A DNA stretch of 64,000 nt from Vicinamibacteria bacterium (GTDB lineage: Bacteria > Acidobacteriota > Vicinamibacteria > Marinacidobacterales > Marinacidobacteraceae), in the NCBI GenBank assembly GCA_963555995.3, contig OY821641.1:256001-320000 (forward strand), given 5' to 3'. Of this stretch, positions 10,205-18,731 are shown piece by piece (within the stretch, counting starts at the first letter, position 1; every line of letters begins with the position of its first letter). Both the position numbers and the translations under genes were made by a program. The notes under the pieces are model-generated. The model was not told the origin of the DNA. It saw only the letters and a list, made by a program, of their open reading frames with translations, and searched no databases.

Positions 10205-12480
10205 GCCGGCGGCCGGGAGCGCGCGCCGCGTCTGGCCGCGGTCTTCCGGGAAGCCGCCTTCTTGCCTTTCTTCGCCGGCCTCGGCTGGATGTAGCGGCAC
10301 TTCGGGAAACCGCTGCAGCCGACGAAGGGGCCGCGCCGGCTCTGGCGCTGGACGAGCTGTTTTCCGCACTCCGGACACTGGCCCTCGACCGGCACCGGCG
10401 CCGGCCGGGCGACCGGTCGGCCGTTCCGGACCTGGATGATCTTGGTGCACTCGGGGTACCGCGTACAGCCGAGGAAGGCCCCGAATCGGCCCCGCTTCTC
10501 GGACATCGGCGCGCCGCATTCCGGGCAGACCGGGGCCTCTTCATCGCTCGTCTCGTCGCCCGAGTCACCCAGGGAACGGCTTCCCCGGCACTCCGGGAAC
10601 CCCTCGCAACCGAGGAACTTCTCGCCCCCCGACCAGCGAAGAACGAGCGGACGCCCGCAGCGCTCGCACGGCTCGGCCGTCGGCAGTCCCTTGATCCGCG
10701 GCATCTCGACGACGGCCTTGTCGAGGTCGAGCGAGAAATCCGCGTAGAACGCCGCCAGCGTGCCCTCGAAACCGGCCTCGCCCTGTTCGATCCGGTCGAG
10801 GTTCTCCTCCATGTCCGCCGTGTAGCGGACGTTGAAGAGGTTGTCGAAGCTCCCCGCCAGCAGGTCGCTCACCAGCATCCCCACCTCGGTGGGAACGAAG
10901 ACCCGCGCTTTCGTCCGGACGTACTCGCGGTCCTTGATCTTGCGGAGGATCGGCACGTAGGTGCTGGGCCTTCCGATTCCGTTCGCTTCCAGCTTGCGGA
11001 TCAGGCTCGCCTCGCTGTACCGCTTCGGGGGAGCGGTGAAGTGCTGGACGGGCAGGACCGCCTTGAGGGCGAGCGGCTGGCCGGCCTTGAGCGGAGGGAT
11101 GACGGTCTTCCTGTCGGAGTCGGCGGACGGCCCCGCGTCTTCGGCCGCCTCGCGATAGAGGACCCGGTACCCGCGTTCGGCCAGCACCGAGCCGCTCGCC
11201 GTCAAACGCTCGGGCGCCTTGCCGAAGCCGGGAATCTCGGGGGCTTCGTCCCCGCCGGGGTGTTCCGCGAGGATCGTGGCCCGGGTGTCGCGCCAGACGG
11301 CCGGGGTCATCTGGGAAGCGATGAACCGCTCCCAGATCATGCGGTACAGCTTCCGCTGGTCCTCGTTGAGGAAGGCCGCGACCTGGTCGGGAGTCCGCTC
11401 GACGGAGGTCGGTCGGATCGCCTCGTGGGCGTCCTGCGCCCCCTTCAACTTGCGGAAATAGTTGGGCCGCTCGGGCAGGAAGTCGTCGCCGAACCGCTTG
11501 CCGATGAACTTCCGCACCTCCCCGAGCGCCTCCTTCGAGACCCGGGTGGAGTCGGTCCTCAGATAGGTGATCAACCCGACGCGGTCTCCGGCGCCGAGGT
11601 CCACCCCCTCGTAGAGCCCCTGCGCGGCGCGCATGGTCCGCGCGGCCGGGAAGCGGAACAGGGAGGCCGCCTGCCGCTGCATGGTGCTGGTGATGAAGGG
11701 CGGCGGAGCCTTCTCCTGGCGGTCCTTCGACTCGATGTCGGCCACCCGGTAGCGGCACGTCTCCAGCCAGCGCTGGATTTCCCGCGCGGTGGCCTCGTCG
11801 CGCGCCGCCGGCTCCCGCGGGAGGCTCTTCGGGACCTCGGCGGTCGCCCGCAGCGACGCGCCATCGCCCGTCAGCAGCAGGGCGTCAATCGTCCAGTACT
11901 CCTCGACGTTGAAGGCCCGAATCTCGCGTTCGCGCGCGCAGATCAGGCGGAGCGCCACCGATTGCACGCGCCCGGCCGAGAGGCGCGGCGCGACCTTCCG
12001 GGAAAGGAGCGGCGAGATCTTGTAGCCGACGATCCGGTCCAGCACGCGCCGCGTCTGCTGGGCCTTGACCTTGTTCCCATCGACTTCGGACGCGCTCTCG
12101 AGCGCGCGCCGCACCGCCGGCGGGGTGATCTCGTGGAAGGTGATCCGCTGGATCGGAACCCGGCGGCCGCGCGGCAGCGCGCCGAGGAACTCCTCCGCGA
12201 GGTCGTGGCTGATCGCTTCTCCCTCCCGGTCCGGGTCGGTCGCCAGGTAGATGTGGGAGGCTTTCTTCGCCGCCCGCTTCAGGCTCTCGAGGATCTTGGC
12301 CCGGTCGGGAACCACCTCGAACTGTGGACGAAAGCCGTTGGCGATGTCGACCGAGAGGCCGCGCTGCGGCAGGTCCCGGACGTGTCCTCCCGAGGCCATG
12401 ACCCGGTAGGAGCCGCCCAGAAACCGCTCGATGGTCTTGGCCTTGGCGGCGGATTCGACGACGACGAGTGTGTTTCCCAT
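10201..12480 (-). CDS. topA: DNA topoisomerase I with C-terminal Zn ribbons
   Basis: TOPRIM (VVVES..KAK, ATDPDREGEAI), SAGRVQS, GLITYLRTDS, GIGRPSTY, three C4 Zn ribbons. Confidence 0.97.
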   Translation of the reverse strand: MGNTLVVVESAAKAKTIERFLGGSYRVMASGGHVRDLPQRGLSVDIANGFRPQFEVVPDRAKILESLKRAAKKASHIYLATDPDREGEAISHDLAEEFLGALPRGRRVPIQRITFHEITPPAVRRALESASEVDGNKVKAQQTRRVLDRIVGYKISPLLSRKVAPRLSAGRVQSVALRLICAREREIRAFNVEEYWTIDALLLTGDGASLRATAEVPKSLPREPAARDEATAREIQRWLETCRYRVADIESKDRQEKAPPPFITSTMQRQAASLFRFPAARTMRAAQGLYEGVDLGAGDRVGLITYLRTDSTRVSKEALGEVRKFIGKRFGDDFLPERPNYFRKLKGAQDAHEAIRPTSVERTPDQVAAFLNEDQRKLYRMIWERFIASQMTPAVWRDTRATILAEHPGGDEAPEIPGFGKAPERLTASGSVLAERGYRVLYREAAEDAGPSADSDRKTVIPPLKAGQPLALKAVLPVQHFTAPPKRYSEASLIRKLEANGIGRPSTYVPILRKIKDREYVRTKARVFVPTEVGMLVSDLLAGSFDNLFNVRYTADMEENLDRIEQGEAGFEGTLAAFYADFSLDLDKAVVEMPRIKGLPTAEPCERCGRPLVLRWSGGEKFLGCEGFPECRGSRSLGDSGDETSDEEAPVCPECGAPMSEKRGRFGAFLGCTRYPECTKIIQVRNGRPVARPAPVPVEGQCPECGKQLVQRQSRRGPFVGCSGFPKCRYIQPRPAKKGKKAASRKTAARRGARSRPPA

Positions 12481-12501
12481 GACGTGCCATCAGTGTAACG
12501 A

Positions 12502-13623
12502 TCAGTCCTCGGCCTTCAGGAAACCCCCGGGAAACCGGCGCACCAGCCCCCGCCGTTCCAGCTCCGAGATCGCGGCCAGCGCCACCGGCACGGGGAGGCC
12601 GGCGGCGCCGAGGAGGGTGTCCAGATCCATCCCCGACGGATGTTGCCTCAGCACATCCAGCAGACGGGCTGCTTCGGGGCCCGGTCGCGGGGAAGCGCCG
12701 TCCGGTTCCCGGCTGACGGCGTCGCCCGAGTCCGCACCCGTTCCGGCGGAGCCGGACGGGAGCCCCAGTTCTTCCAGGATGTCGGCGACTCCCGTGACCA
12801 GGGTGGCGCCGAGCCGGATCAGCCCGTGGCACCCCGCGCTCGTTTCCGACCCGATGGGGCCCGGGACGGCGAAGACCTCGCGTCCGGAGTCCACCGCGTG
12901 GCGGGCCGTCGCGAGGGAGCCGCTCCGTGGGGCCGCCTCCACCACCAGCGTTCCCAGCGTGAGGCCGGCGATGATCCGGTTCCGGCGCGGGAAGTGATGC
13001 GGGAGGGGACGCGTTCCGGGGGGGAATTCGGTCAGCACGGCCCCCGACGCGCGGCAGGCCCGCGCCAGGTCGTGATGCTCCGGGGGATACAGCGAGTCGT
13101 GGGCGGAGCCGAGCACGGCGACGGTCCTGCCCCCGGCCTCGAGGGCCGCCCGGTGAGCCGCCGCATCCACGCCCCGGGCGAGGCCGCTCACCACCACGAG
13201 CCCCGCCTCGGCCAGCCCGGCCGCGAGTCGTTCCGCGACCGCGATTCCATAGGGGGTCGCTCTCCGGGAGCCGACCACCGCGACCCCCGGCGCCGCGAGG
13301 TCGGCATCGCCCGCCACCTCGAGCGCGATTGGAGGAACGGCGATTTCGGCGAGCCGGGGCGGAAACCCGGCTTGTCCCAGAAACAGCAGCCGGCGTCCGG
13401 CGGCGGTGGCCGTGTCGCGCCAGCGGCGCGCCGCTTCGAGTTGCCCGGCCGGCAACGCGCCGAACCGCTGCCGAAACGTGGAAACGGCGGCTTCGAGACG
13501 GCCGCTCTCGAAGCAGCGGGCGCGCTCCACGGGCCGGGGCCGTTCGGCAAGGGCGATCGCGAGCGCCGCCTCTTCAAGACGGGCCGGAGACTGCTCTCCG
13601 GATGGCGTGGGACGGTTCGTCAT
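12502..13623 (-). CDS. dprA: DNA-processing protein DprA (Smf)
   Basis: VVGSRRAT.YG, VSGLARGVD, FPRRNRIIAGL, VEAAPRSGSL, EVFAVPG, C-terminal winged helix. Confidence 0.95.
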   Translation of the reverse strand: MTNRPTPSGEQSPARLEEAALAIALAERPRPVERARCFESGRLEAAVSTFRQRFGALPAGQLEAARRWRDTATAAGRRLLFLGQAGFPPRLAEIAVPPIALEVAGDADLAAPGVAVVGSRRATPYGIAVAERLAAGLAEAGLVVVSGLARGVDAAAHRAALEAGGRTVAVLGSAHDSLYPPEHHDLARACRASGAVLTEFPPGTRPLPHHFPRRNRIIAGLTLGTLVVEAAPRSGSLATARHAVDSGREVFAVPGPIGSETSAGCHGLIRLGATLVTGVADILEELGLPSGSAGTGADSGDAVSREPDGASPRPGPEAARLLDVLRQHPSGMDLDTLLGAAGLPVPVALAAISELERRGLVRRFPGGFLKAED

Positions 13624-13827
13624 GGATGTTCTCCCCGAGGCCGGTTCCGCCGCTCCGGAGATCGGAACCGGTCGAAAACCCCTCAGGAGCTATAGACGTA
13701 ATTCGCGCCGTTTTTTTCTCACCCCGATGGGGTTTCCCCCTACCGCCCGGCACGCGCTACTATCGGAGACCGCCCGGATTCGCGTCCGGAGCCTTCGCCA
13801 GGGCGATCCGCCCGGGACCCAGCGACA

Positions 13828-13843
13828 TGGCCTGTTCATTGCA
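13828..13843 (+). promoter_or_regulatory. Putative sigma54 (-24/-12) promoter
   Basis: TGGCCTGTTCATTGCA: GG-N10-GC with TTGCA, ending 13 nt before the ATG at 13857. Confidence 0.55.
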
Positions 13844-13856
13844 TTCACGACTCCCG

Positions 13857-14282
13857 ATGCACCGGCTGCCCGCGCCCTTCCGCAGCGCCGGGTTGCTCCT
13901 CGCCGCGACCTTGCTGATCGGAGGAACGGCGGCAGCCCAGCCCGCCGCGTCGCCCGATGCGTCCGCATCCGCTGGCGGCGAGCGATCGGGTCAGGAGAAC
14001 TCCTTCGGAGTGGAGGTGGCGAGCAAGGGCCTCTGGAAGGAGGCGGCCTACCGCTGGGAGAAGGCCGTGGAACTCGATCCCCAGAACCCGAAGGCCCACA
14101 ACAACCTCGGGGTCGCCTACGAGCGCTCCGGCAAGTTCGAGGAAGCACTCGATGCCTACGAGACGGCGCTTGAACTGATGCCCAGCAATGAACAGATCCG
14201 CCAGAACTACGAGCTGTTCCGCGAGGCCTACGAGCGGAAGAAGCGGAAGGACCGCGACGCCGCCCGCTCCCGGAGACGCTGA
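13857..14282 (+). CDS. Small secreted TPR protein
   Basis: Signal peptide, then GLWKEAAYRWEKAVELDP..AHNNLGVAYE TPR pair. Confidence 0.85.
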   Translation: MHRLPAPFRSAGLLLAATLLIGGTAAAQPAASPDASASAGGERSGQENSFGVEVASKGLWKEAAYRWEKAVELDPQNPKAHNNLGVAYERSGKFEEALDAYETALELMPSNEQIRQNYELFREAYERKKRKDRDAARSRRR

Positions 14283-14285
14283 CCA

Positions 14286-15089
14286 GTGGGTCTTCTTCGC
14301 GCTCGCCGGCTCGTCTCGGGGATCGGGCTCTCGCTGCTCGGCTTCACCGGCTGCGCGGCCGGGCCCTATGTCGAGGTGCCCATCGAGATTCCGATCGACG
14401 CCAAGCTGGACCTTTCGGAGTACGGGCGAGTGCTCGTCGGCAGCTTCGTCAGCCAGACCAACGAGAACCTGGATCTCGACTCGGAGACCTCGCGGCTGCT
14501 CAGGAACCAGTTGCGCCTGAACTCGCGGCTGGCGGTGATCGAGGCGGAGGTCGAGCCGCTCGGGGACTTTTCCGACGCGGCGCTCGAAGCCAGCGGGCTT
14601 GCCGAGCAGTTCGACGACATGGCGGCCGAGGCGGTTGCGATCGGCGACGGAGAGATCTCCCGGCAGGAGTGGATTGACCTGGAGCAGGACAAGCTGCTCG
14701 AGGACGAGGAGTACTGGCGGCAGTTGGGCGAAGAGTTCGAGGAGCCGCTCATCATCAGCGGTCGGCTCCGCTTCGCGGCCGAGGAACGCTCCGGATTCTC
14801 CCGCCGCGACCGTTACGTCCGCGACAGCTTCAACCGGCCGCGGCTGGTGCGCAGCACCCAGTTCCAGGAGCGGAGCGCCTACACCCTGACCGCGGAGTTC
14901 TATTTCATTGACGGCGCGAGCGGCCGGACCATCCACCGTGAGCGCTTCACCGAGGAGGTCATCTTCGGACGGGACGAGGAGAGTTCGGCGCTCTCCTCCT
15001 ACTTCGAACTGATGGACCGCATCCTCCCGAATTTCCTGAGCGTGGTGACGCCGCAGACGTTCCGAGGCACCCGAATCCTGTTGCGTTGA
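14286..15089 (+). CDS. Putative lipoprotein of unknown function
   Basis: Lipobox-like LLGFTGC; acidic globular body; sits tightly between the TPR and Omp85 genes. Confidence 0.75.
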   Translation: MGLLRARRLVSGIGLSLLGFTGCAAGPYVEVPIEIPIDAKLDLSEYGRVLVGSFVSQTNENLDLDSETSRLLRNQLRLNSRLAVIEAEVEPLGDFSDAALEASGLAEQFDDMAAEAVAIGDGEISRQEWIDLEQDKLLEDEEYWRQLGEEFEEPLIISGRLRFAAEERSGFSRRDRYVRDSFNRPRLVRSTQFQERSAYTLTAEFYFIDGASGRTIHRERFTEEVIFGRDEESSALSSYFELMDRILPNFLSVVTPQTFRGTRILLR

Positions 15090-15121
15090 TCGGCTCCCAG
15101 GCAGTTGAAAGGAGAAGGCTC

Positions 15122-18100
15122 GTGACTCGCGACTCTTCGACATCCGGAACCCGGGTCCGGGCGCCGTTCGTTCTCGCCGTCCTGCTGGCAGCGCTCGGCA
15201 CGGCGGCCGTGGCTCCGGCGCAGTACTTCATCCCGTTCTACGGGAAGAACAAGGTCAAGTACGACAAGCACGACTGGCAGGTGTACCGGTCTCCGCACTT
15301 CGACGTCTACTACTACCCCGAGATGGAGGAGGAACTGGGGCGGCTGGTGAGCTACGCCGAGAGCGCCTACGAGACGCTGTCGGACGAACTGAAGCACGAG
15401 ATCCCGTTCGCCATTCCGCTGATCCTCTACAAGACGTTCTCCGAGTTCGCGCAGACGAACCTCTCGCCGTCGGAGATACCGGAGGGCGTGGGAGCGTTCG
15501 CGGAGTCCGCGCGCGACCGAATGGTCATCCCCATTGACAACCCCCCGGACGAACTCCAGGAGCTCTTCCTCCACGAGCTCACCCACATCTTCGAGTTCGA
15601 CATCATTCCCCGGTCGCTCTTCCGGCAGACGGTGCCGCTCTGGATTGACGAGGGGCTCGCCACCTACATGGAGAAGGAGTGGGACCCGCTCGACCTGATG
15701 GTGATTCGCGACGCGGCGGTCGCCGACCAGATTCCCACCTTCCAGGATCTCAACCAGCGCTTCGCGCGCGCGCCGTATTCCTTCGGGGCGTCCATCTTCA
15801 ACTTCATGGAGGAGCGTTTCGGGAAGGAAGGGGTCCGCCAGTTCGTGTTCTCGCTGCGCCGGGCGGTCACCGGCGGGGTCAGCGAGGAAGTGTTCGAGCA
15901 GGCCTTCCGGATGCCTTCCGAAGAGTTCTACCGCGAGTACAAGCGCTGGATGAAGGAGCGATTCAAGCCTTTCCGGGACAAGGAGATCCCGGAGGACTAC
16001 AGCGTGGACCTGTCACCGCGGGAGGGACGCTACGTCGGGGCGATCTCCGCGGCGCAGTCCCCCTCGGGCGAGGTCATCGCGGTCCTGGCCGGGAACCGCC
16101 GCGAGTCGGAGTACGACGTGGTGCTGCTGTCGGCGCGGGACGGCGAGGTCATCCGCAACCTGACCCCGGGATACGCCGGCGAGTTCATCAACGTGGTCGG
16201 GCTCACGGGTGAGGACCAGCTCATCGGGAGGAACCTGAGCTGGACGCCGGACGGGTCGCGGGTGGCGTTCTTCGGCCGCTTCCAGAAACGCCGGGCGCTG
16301 CTGTTCGCCGACGTGGTGGACTCGAGGATCGTCCAGCGGATCGAGATGCCGCTCGACCGGGCGAAGTTCCCGCACGTCGGGCCGGACGGTCAGTGGGTCT
16401 ATTTCACCGCGCTCAACAACGCGATCTCCGATGTGTACCGGGTGAACATCGCCACCGAGGAGATCGAGAACATGACCCGGGACGACTTCCACGACAAGTT
16501 CCCGACGGTCAGCCCGGACGGCGAATGGATCTACTACAGCCGGCGGATCAGCGGTTACGACAAGCTCTACCGCCTGCGGATCGCCACCGGCGAGAAGGAA
16601 CAGGTCACCTTCGGGACCTTCAACGACGTGGCCCCGATCTTCGCCCCCAACGGCCGCGACCTCATCTATTCCTCGAACGAGGACGACGGGATCTTCAACA
16701 TCCGGTCGCTGGACACCGAGACCGGCGACATCCTCCAGTACACCGATGTCCTCGGCGGAAACTTCGCGCCCAGCGTCATCAGGGATCCCGAGACCGAGCA
16801 GGAGACGCTGCTCTTCACGAGCTATTACAAGGGCAACTGGGGGTTGCACACGCTCGGCATGGACGAGCCGGTGAAGGAGATCTTCGCCGACACCATCGTC
16901 CGGACCCCGGGGCCGGTCATTGACTTCGTCCCCACCGTGAACCACCAGGTCCTCAGCGAGAACAAGCGCGAGAAGGGACGCTTCGAGAAACTGTTCCTCG
17001 ACGGGCCGCCCCCGATCACGGCCGGGTTCACCAGCGACTTCGATTTCCTAGGCGGCACCGCGATCTCGCTTTCCGACGTGCTCGGTGACGACCGGCTCTC
17101 GTTCACCGCCTACTCGGTCCGTTCCTACCGCATCTACAACGCCCAGTACGCCAACCTGTCGGGACGGTTCCAGTACGCCCTCGAGGCGCACGACCAGACC
17201 TCCTTCTTCTACCCGGGGCTTCCCTACTACCTCACGAACTTCTGGTCGCGCGCGGACAGCATCGGCACGATCCGCTCCTCGGGGGCCTCGGCGCGGGCGC
17301 TCTACCCGCTGAGCCGTTTCCGGCGGTTCGAGATGGGGATCGGCTACGACTACCAGAAGGCCGGTTTCGAGAACATCTACCTCCAGCCGGGCGAGGACCC
17401 CCTCTTCCCCCAGCAGTTCGTTGATCAGTACAACGACTTCTACACCCGGATCTTCCCGACCGGCCACGTTCTGCCGGCGCGCTTCGCCTTCGTCCAGGAC
17501 ACGATCCGGTTCCGCCAGTTGGGCCCGGCGGTGTTCCCGCAGGCCGGCAGCACGGTGTATGCAGGACTCGAGTGGTCCCCGGGCGGACCGTTCCTTTCGA
17601 GGGCCACCTTCAACCTCGATGCCCGGAAGTACTTCCAGGTCACGACCTCCAGCGTGCTGGCGGCGCGGCTCAAGTGGATGCACAGCTCCGGCGACGCGCC
17701 GGCGTTCTTCTGGTTCGGGGGAATGGGCGAACTGCGCGGCTACGACCTCTATTCCTTCGTGGGCAACCGCGGCGGCCACGCCACCGTCGAGTTCCGCTTC
17801 CCGATCATTGACGCGGCCATCACCCCCCTGGGGCTGATCGGCCCGTTCCGCGGCAGCGTGTTCGTGGATGCCGGAGGGGCCGCCTACGACGGCGAGGAGT
17901 TGAACATCTACTCCTCCGAGCGCCGGGAGTCACGGCTCGGCCGGCTCTGCGGTCCACGCCAGAACGTGGTCTGCGTGTCGGAAGGGGGCGGCCTCGACGA
18001 CTTCGTGGCCTCCTACGGATTCAACGCCCGCGTCTACTTCCTCGGGCTGCCGCTCAACTTCGCCTGGTCGAAGCGCACCGACTTCGCCACGACCCTGGAA

Positions 18101-18139
18101 GGCTGGAAGTTCGACTTCTGGATGGGCTGGCCGTTCTGA
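15122..18139 (+). CDS. Omp85 (BamA/TamA)-family outer-membrane protein with N-terminal zincin-like domain and TolB/PD40 propeller
   Basis: AGGAG RBS, signal peptide, FYGKNKVKY, HELTH...WIDEGLA, PD40 blades (SPDG, WTPDG), LRGY barrel motif, terminal Phe. Confidence 0.88.
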   Translation: MTRDSSTSGTRVRAPFVLAVLLAALGTAAVAPAQYFIPFYGKNKVKYDKHDWQVYRSPHFDVYYYPEMEEELGRLVSYAESAYETLSDELKHEIPFAIPLILYKTFSEFAQTNLSPSEIPEGVGAFAESARDRMVIPIDNPPDELQELFLHELTHIFEFDIIPRSLFRQTVPLWIDEGLATYMEKEWDPLDLMVIRDAAVADQIPTFQDLNQRFARAPYSFGASIFNFMEERFGKEGVRQFVFSLRRAVTGGVSEEVFEQAFRMPSEEFYREYKRWMKERFKPFRDKEIPEDYSVDLSPREGRYVGAISAAQSPSGEVIAVLAGNRRESEYDVVLLSARDGEVIRNLTPGYAGEFINVVGLTGEDQLIGRNLSWTPDGSRVAFFGRFQKRRALLFADVVDSRIVQRIEMPLDRAKFPHVGPDGQWVYFTALNNAISDVYRVNIATEEIENMTRDDFHDKFPTVSPDGEWIYYSRRISGYDKLYRLRIATGEKEQVTFGTFNDVAPIFAPNGRDLIYSSNEDDGIFNIRSLDTETGDILQYTDVLGGNFAPSVIRDPETEQETLLFTSYYKGNWGLHTLGMDEPVKEIFADTIVRTPGPVIDFVPTVNHQVLSENKREKGRFEKLFLDGPPPITAGFTSDFDFLGGTAISLSDVLGDDRLSFTAYSVRSYRIYNAQYANLSGRFQYALEAHDQTSFFYPGLPYYLTNFWSRADSIGTIRSSGASARALYPLSRFRRFEMGIGYDYQKAGFENIYLQPGEDPLFPQQFVDQYNDFYTRIFPTGHVLPARFAFVQDTIRFRQLGPAVFPQAGSTVYAGLEWSPGGPFLSRATFNLDARKYFQVTTSSVLAARLKWMHSSGDAPAFFWFGGMGELRGYDLYSFVGNRGGHATVEFRFPIIDAAITPLGLIGPFRGSVFVDAGGAAYDGEELNIYSSERRESRLGRLCGPRQNVVCVSEGGGLDDFVASYGFNARVYFLGLPLNFAWSKRTDFATTLEGWKFDFWMGWPF

Positions 18140-18151
18140 CGTTGAGCGGTT

Positions 18152-18237
18152 GACAAGGCGCGCGAGGGAGGAATACCGGGTGTATTCCGACCGAAGCGCA
18201 ACGATGAGCGAGCCGTAGGCGAGCGGTTCAGCGGGGA
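18152..18237. mobile_element. Internal MITE fragment flanked by an 18-bp direct repeat
   Basis: Core GACAAGGCGCGCGAGGGAGGAATACC...GGTTCAGCGGGGA between TTCTGACGTTGAGCGGTT copies at 18134-18151 and 18238-18255. Confidence 0.75.
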
Positions 18238-18249
18238 TTCTGACGTTGA

Positions 18250-18330
18250 GCGGTTTGGGAACGGGCTCCCCAGCCCATTGACGTGTCGAAAGGCAAGAGA
18301 GAAGGGCTGGGGAGCCCGTTCCCAAACCGC
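18250..18330. repeat. Perfect 27-bp inverted repeat (REP type C doublet)
   Basis: GCGGTTTGGGAACGGGCTCCCCAGCCC (18250-18276) is the reverse complement of 18304-18330. Confidence 0.85.
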
Positions 18331-18525
18331 CCGGCGCTTCGCGCCGCGAACCGCAACTTCCTCGCGCGCTGGCGCGCACTTCGGCGAGTTCCGGTTCGTC
18401 GTTACTTTTTGTGAAAGGGGGTGACCCCGGGGTAACCCCCCTTCACACTTTCCCCCGAAACCGCCGGCAGCGAACCCGAGGTTCGCTGCCATTTTTTTGT
18501 CTTTCGCTCGTTCAGGTGAGACAAC

Positions 18526-18689
18526 GGCTTGGAACGCCGGCTTCAGCCGGCACAGCCCGTCGAAGGCGGGCGGCGGCACGGACCTCTTTCGCCGCGATGG
18601 CTCGGCTGCGCGCGCCATGCACCCGGGGTAGCGATGACCGCCCGCGGCCCTGCGGGCCGCAGTGCCGGCTGAAGCCGGCGTTCCAGGCC
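18526..18689. repeat. REPIN-like doublet of REP type A
   Basis: Inverted arms; the spacer is also homologous (reverse orientation) to 55154-55318. Confidence 0.85.
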
Positions 18690-18731
18690 GGCAGCGCCAT
18701 CACGGCGCCTGGCCGAGCCGCGGGACTGCAT

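Noticed and set aside
7952-10294. 780-aa PncB fusion protein
   Set aside because: The extension is antisense to xerC and results from the frameshift near 9110.
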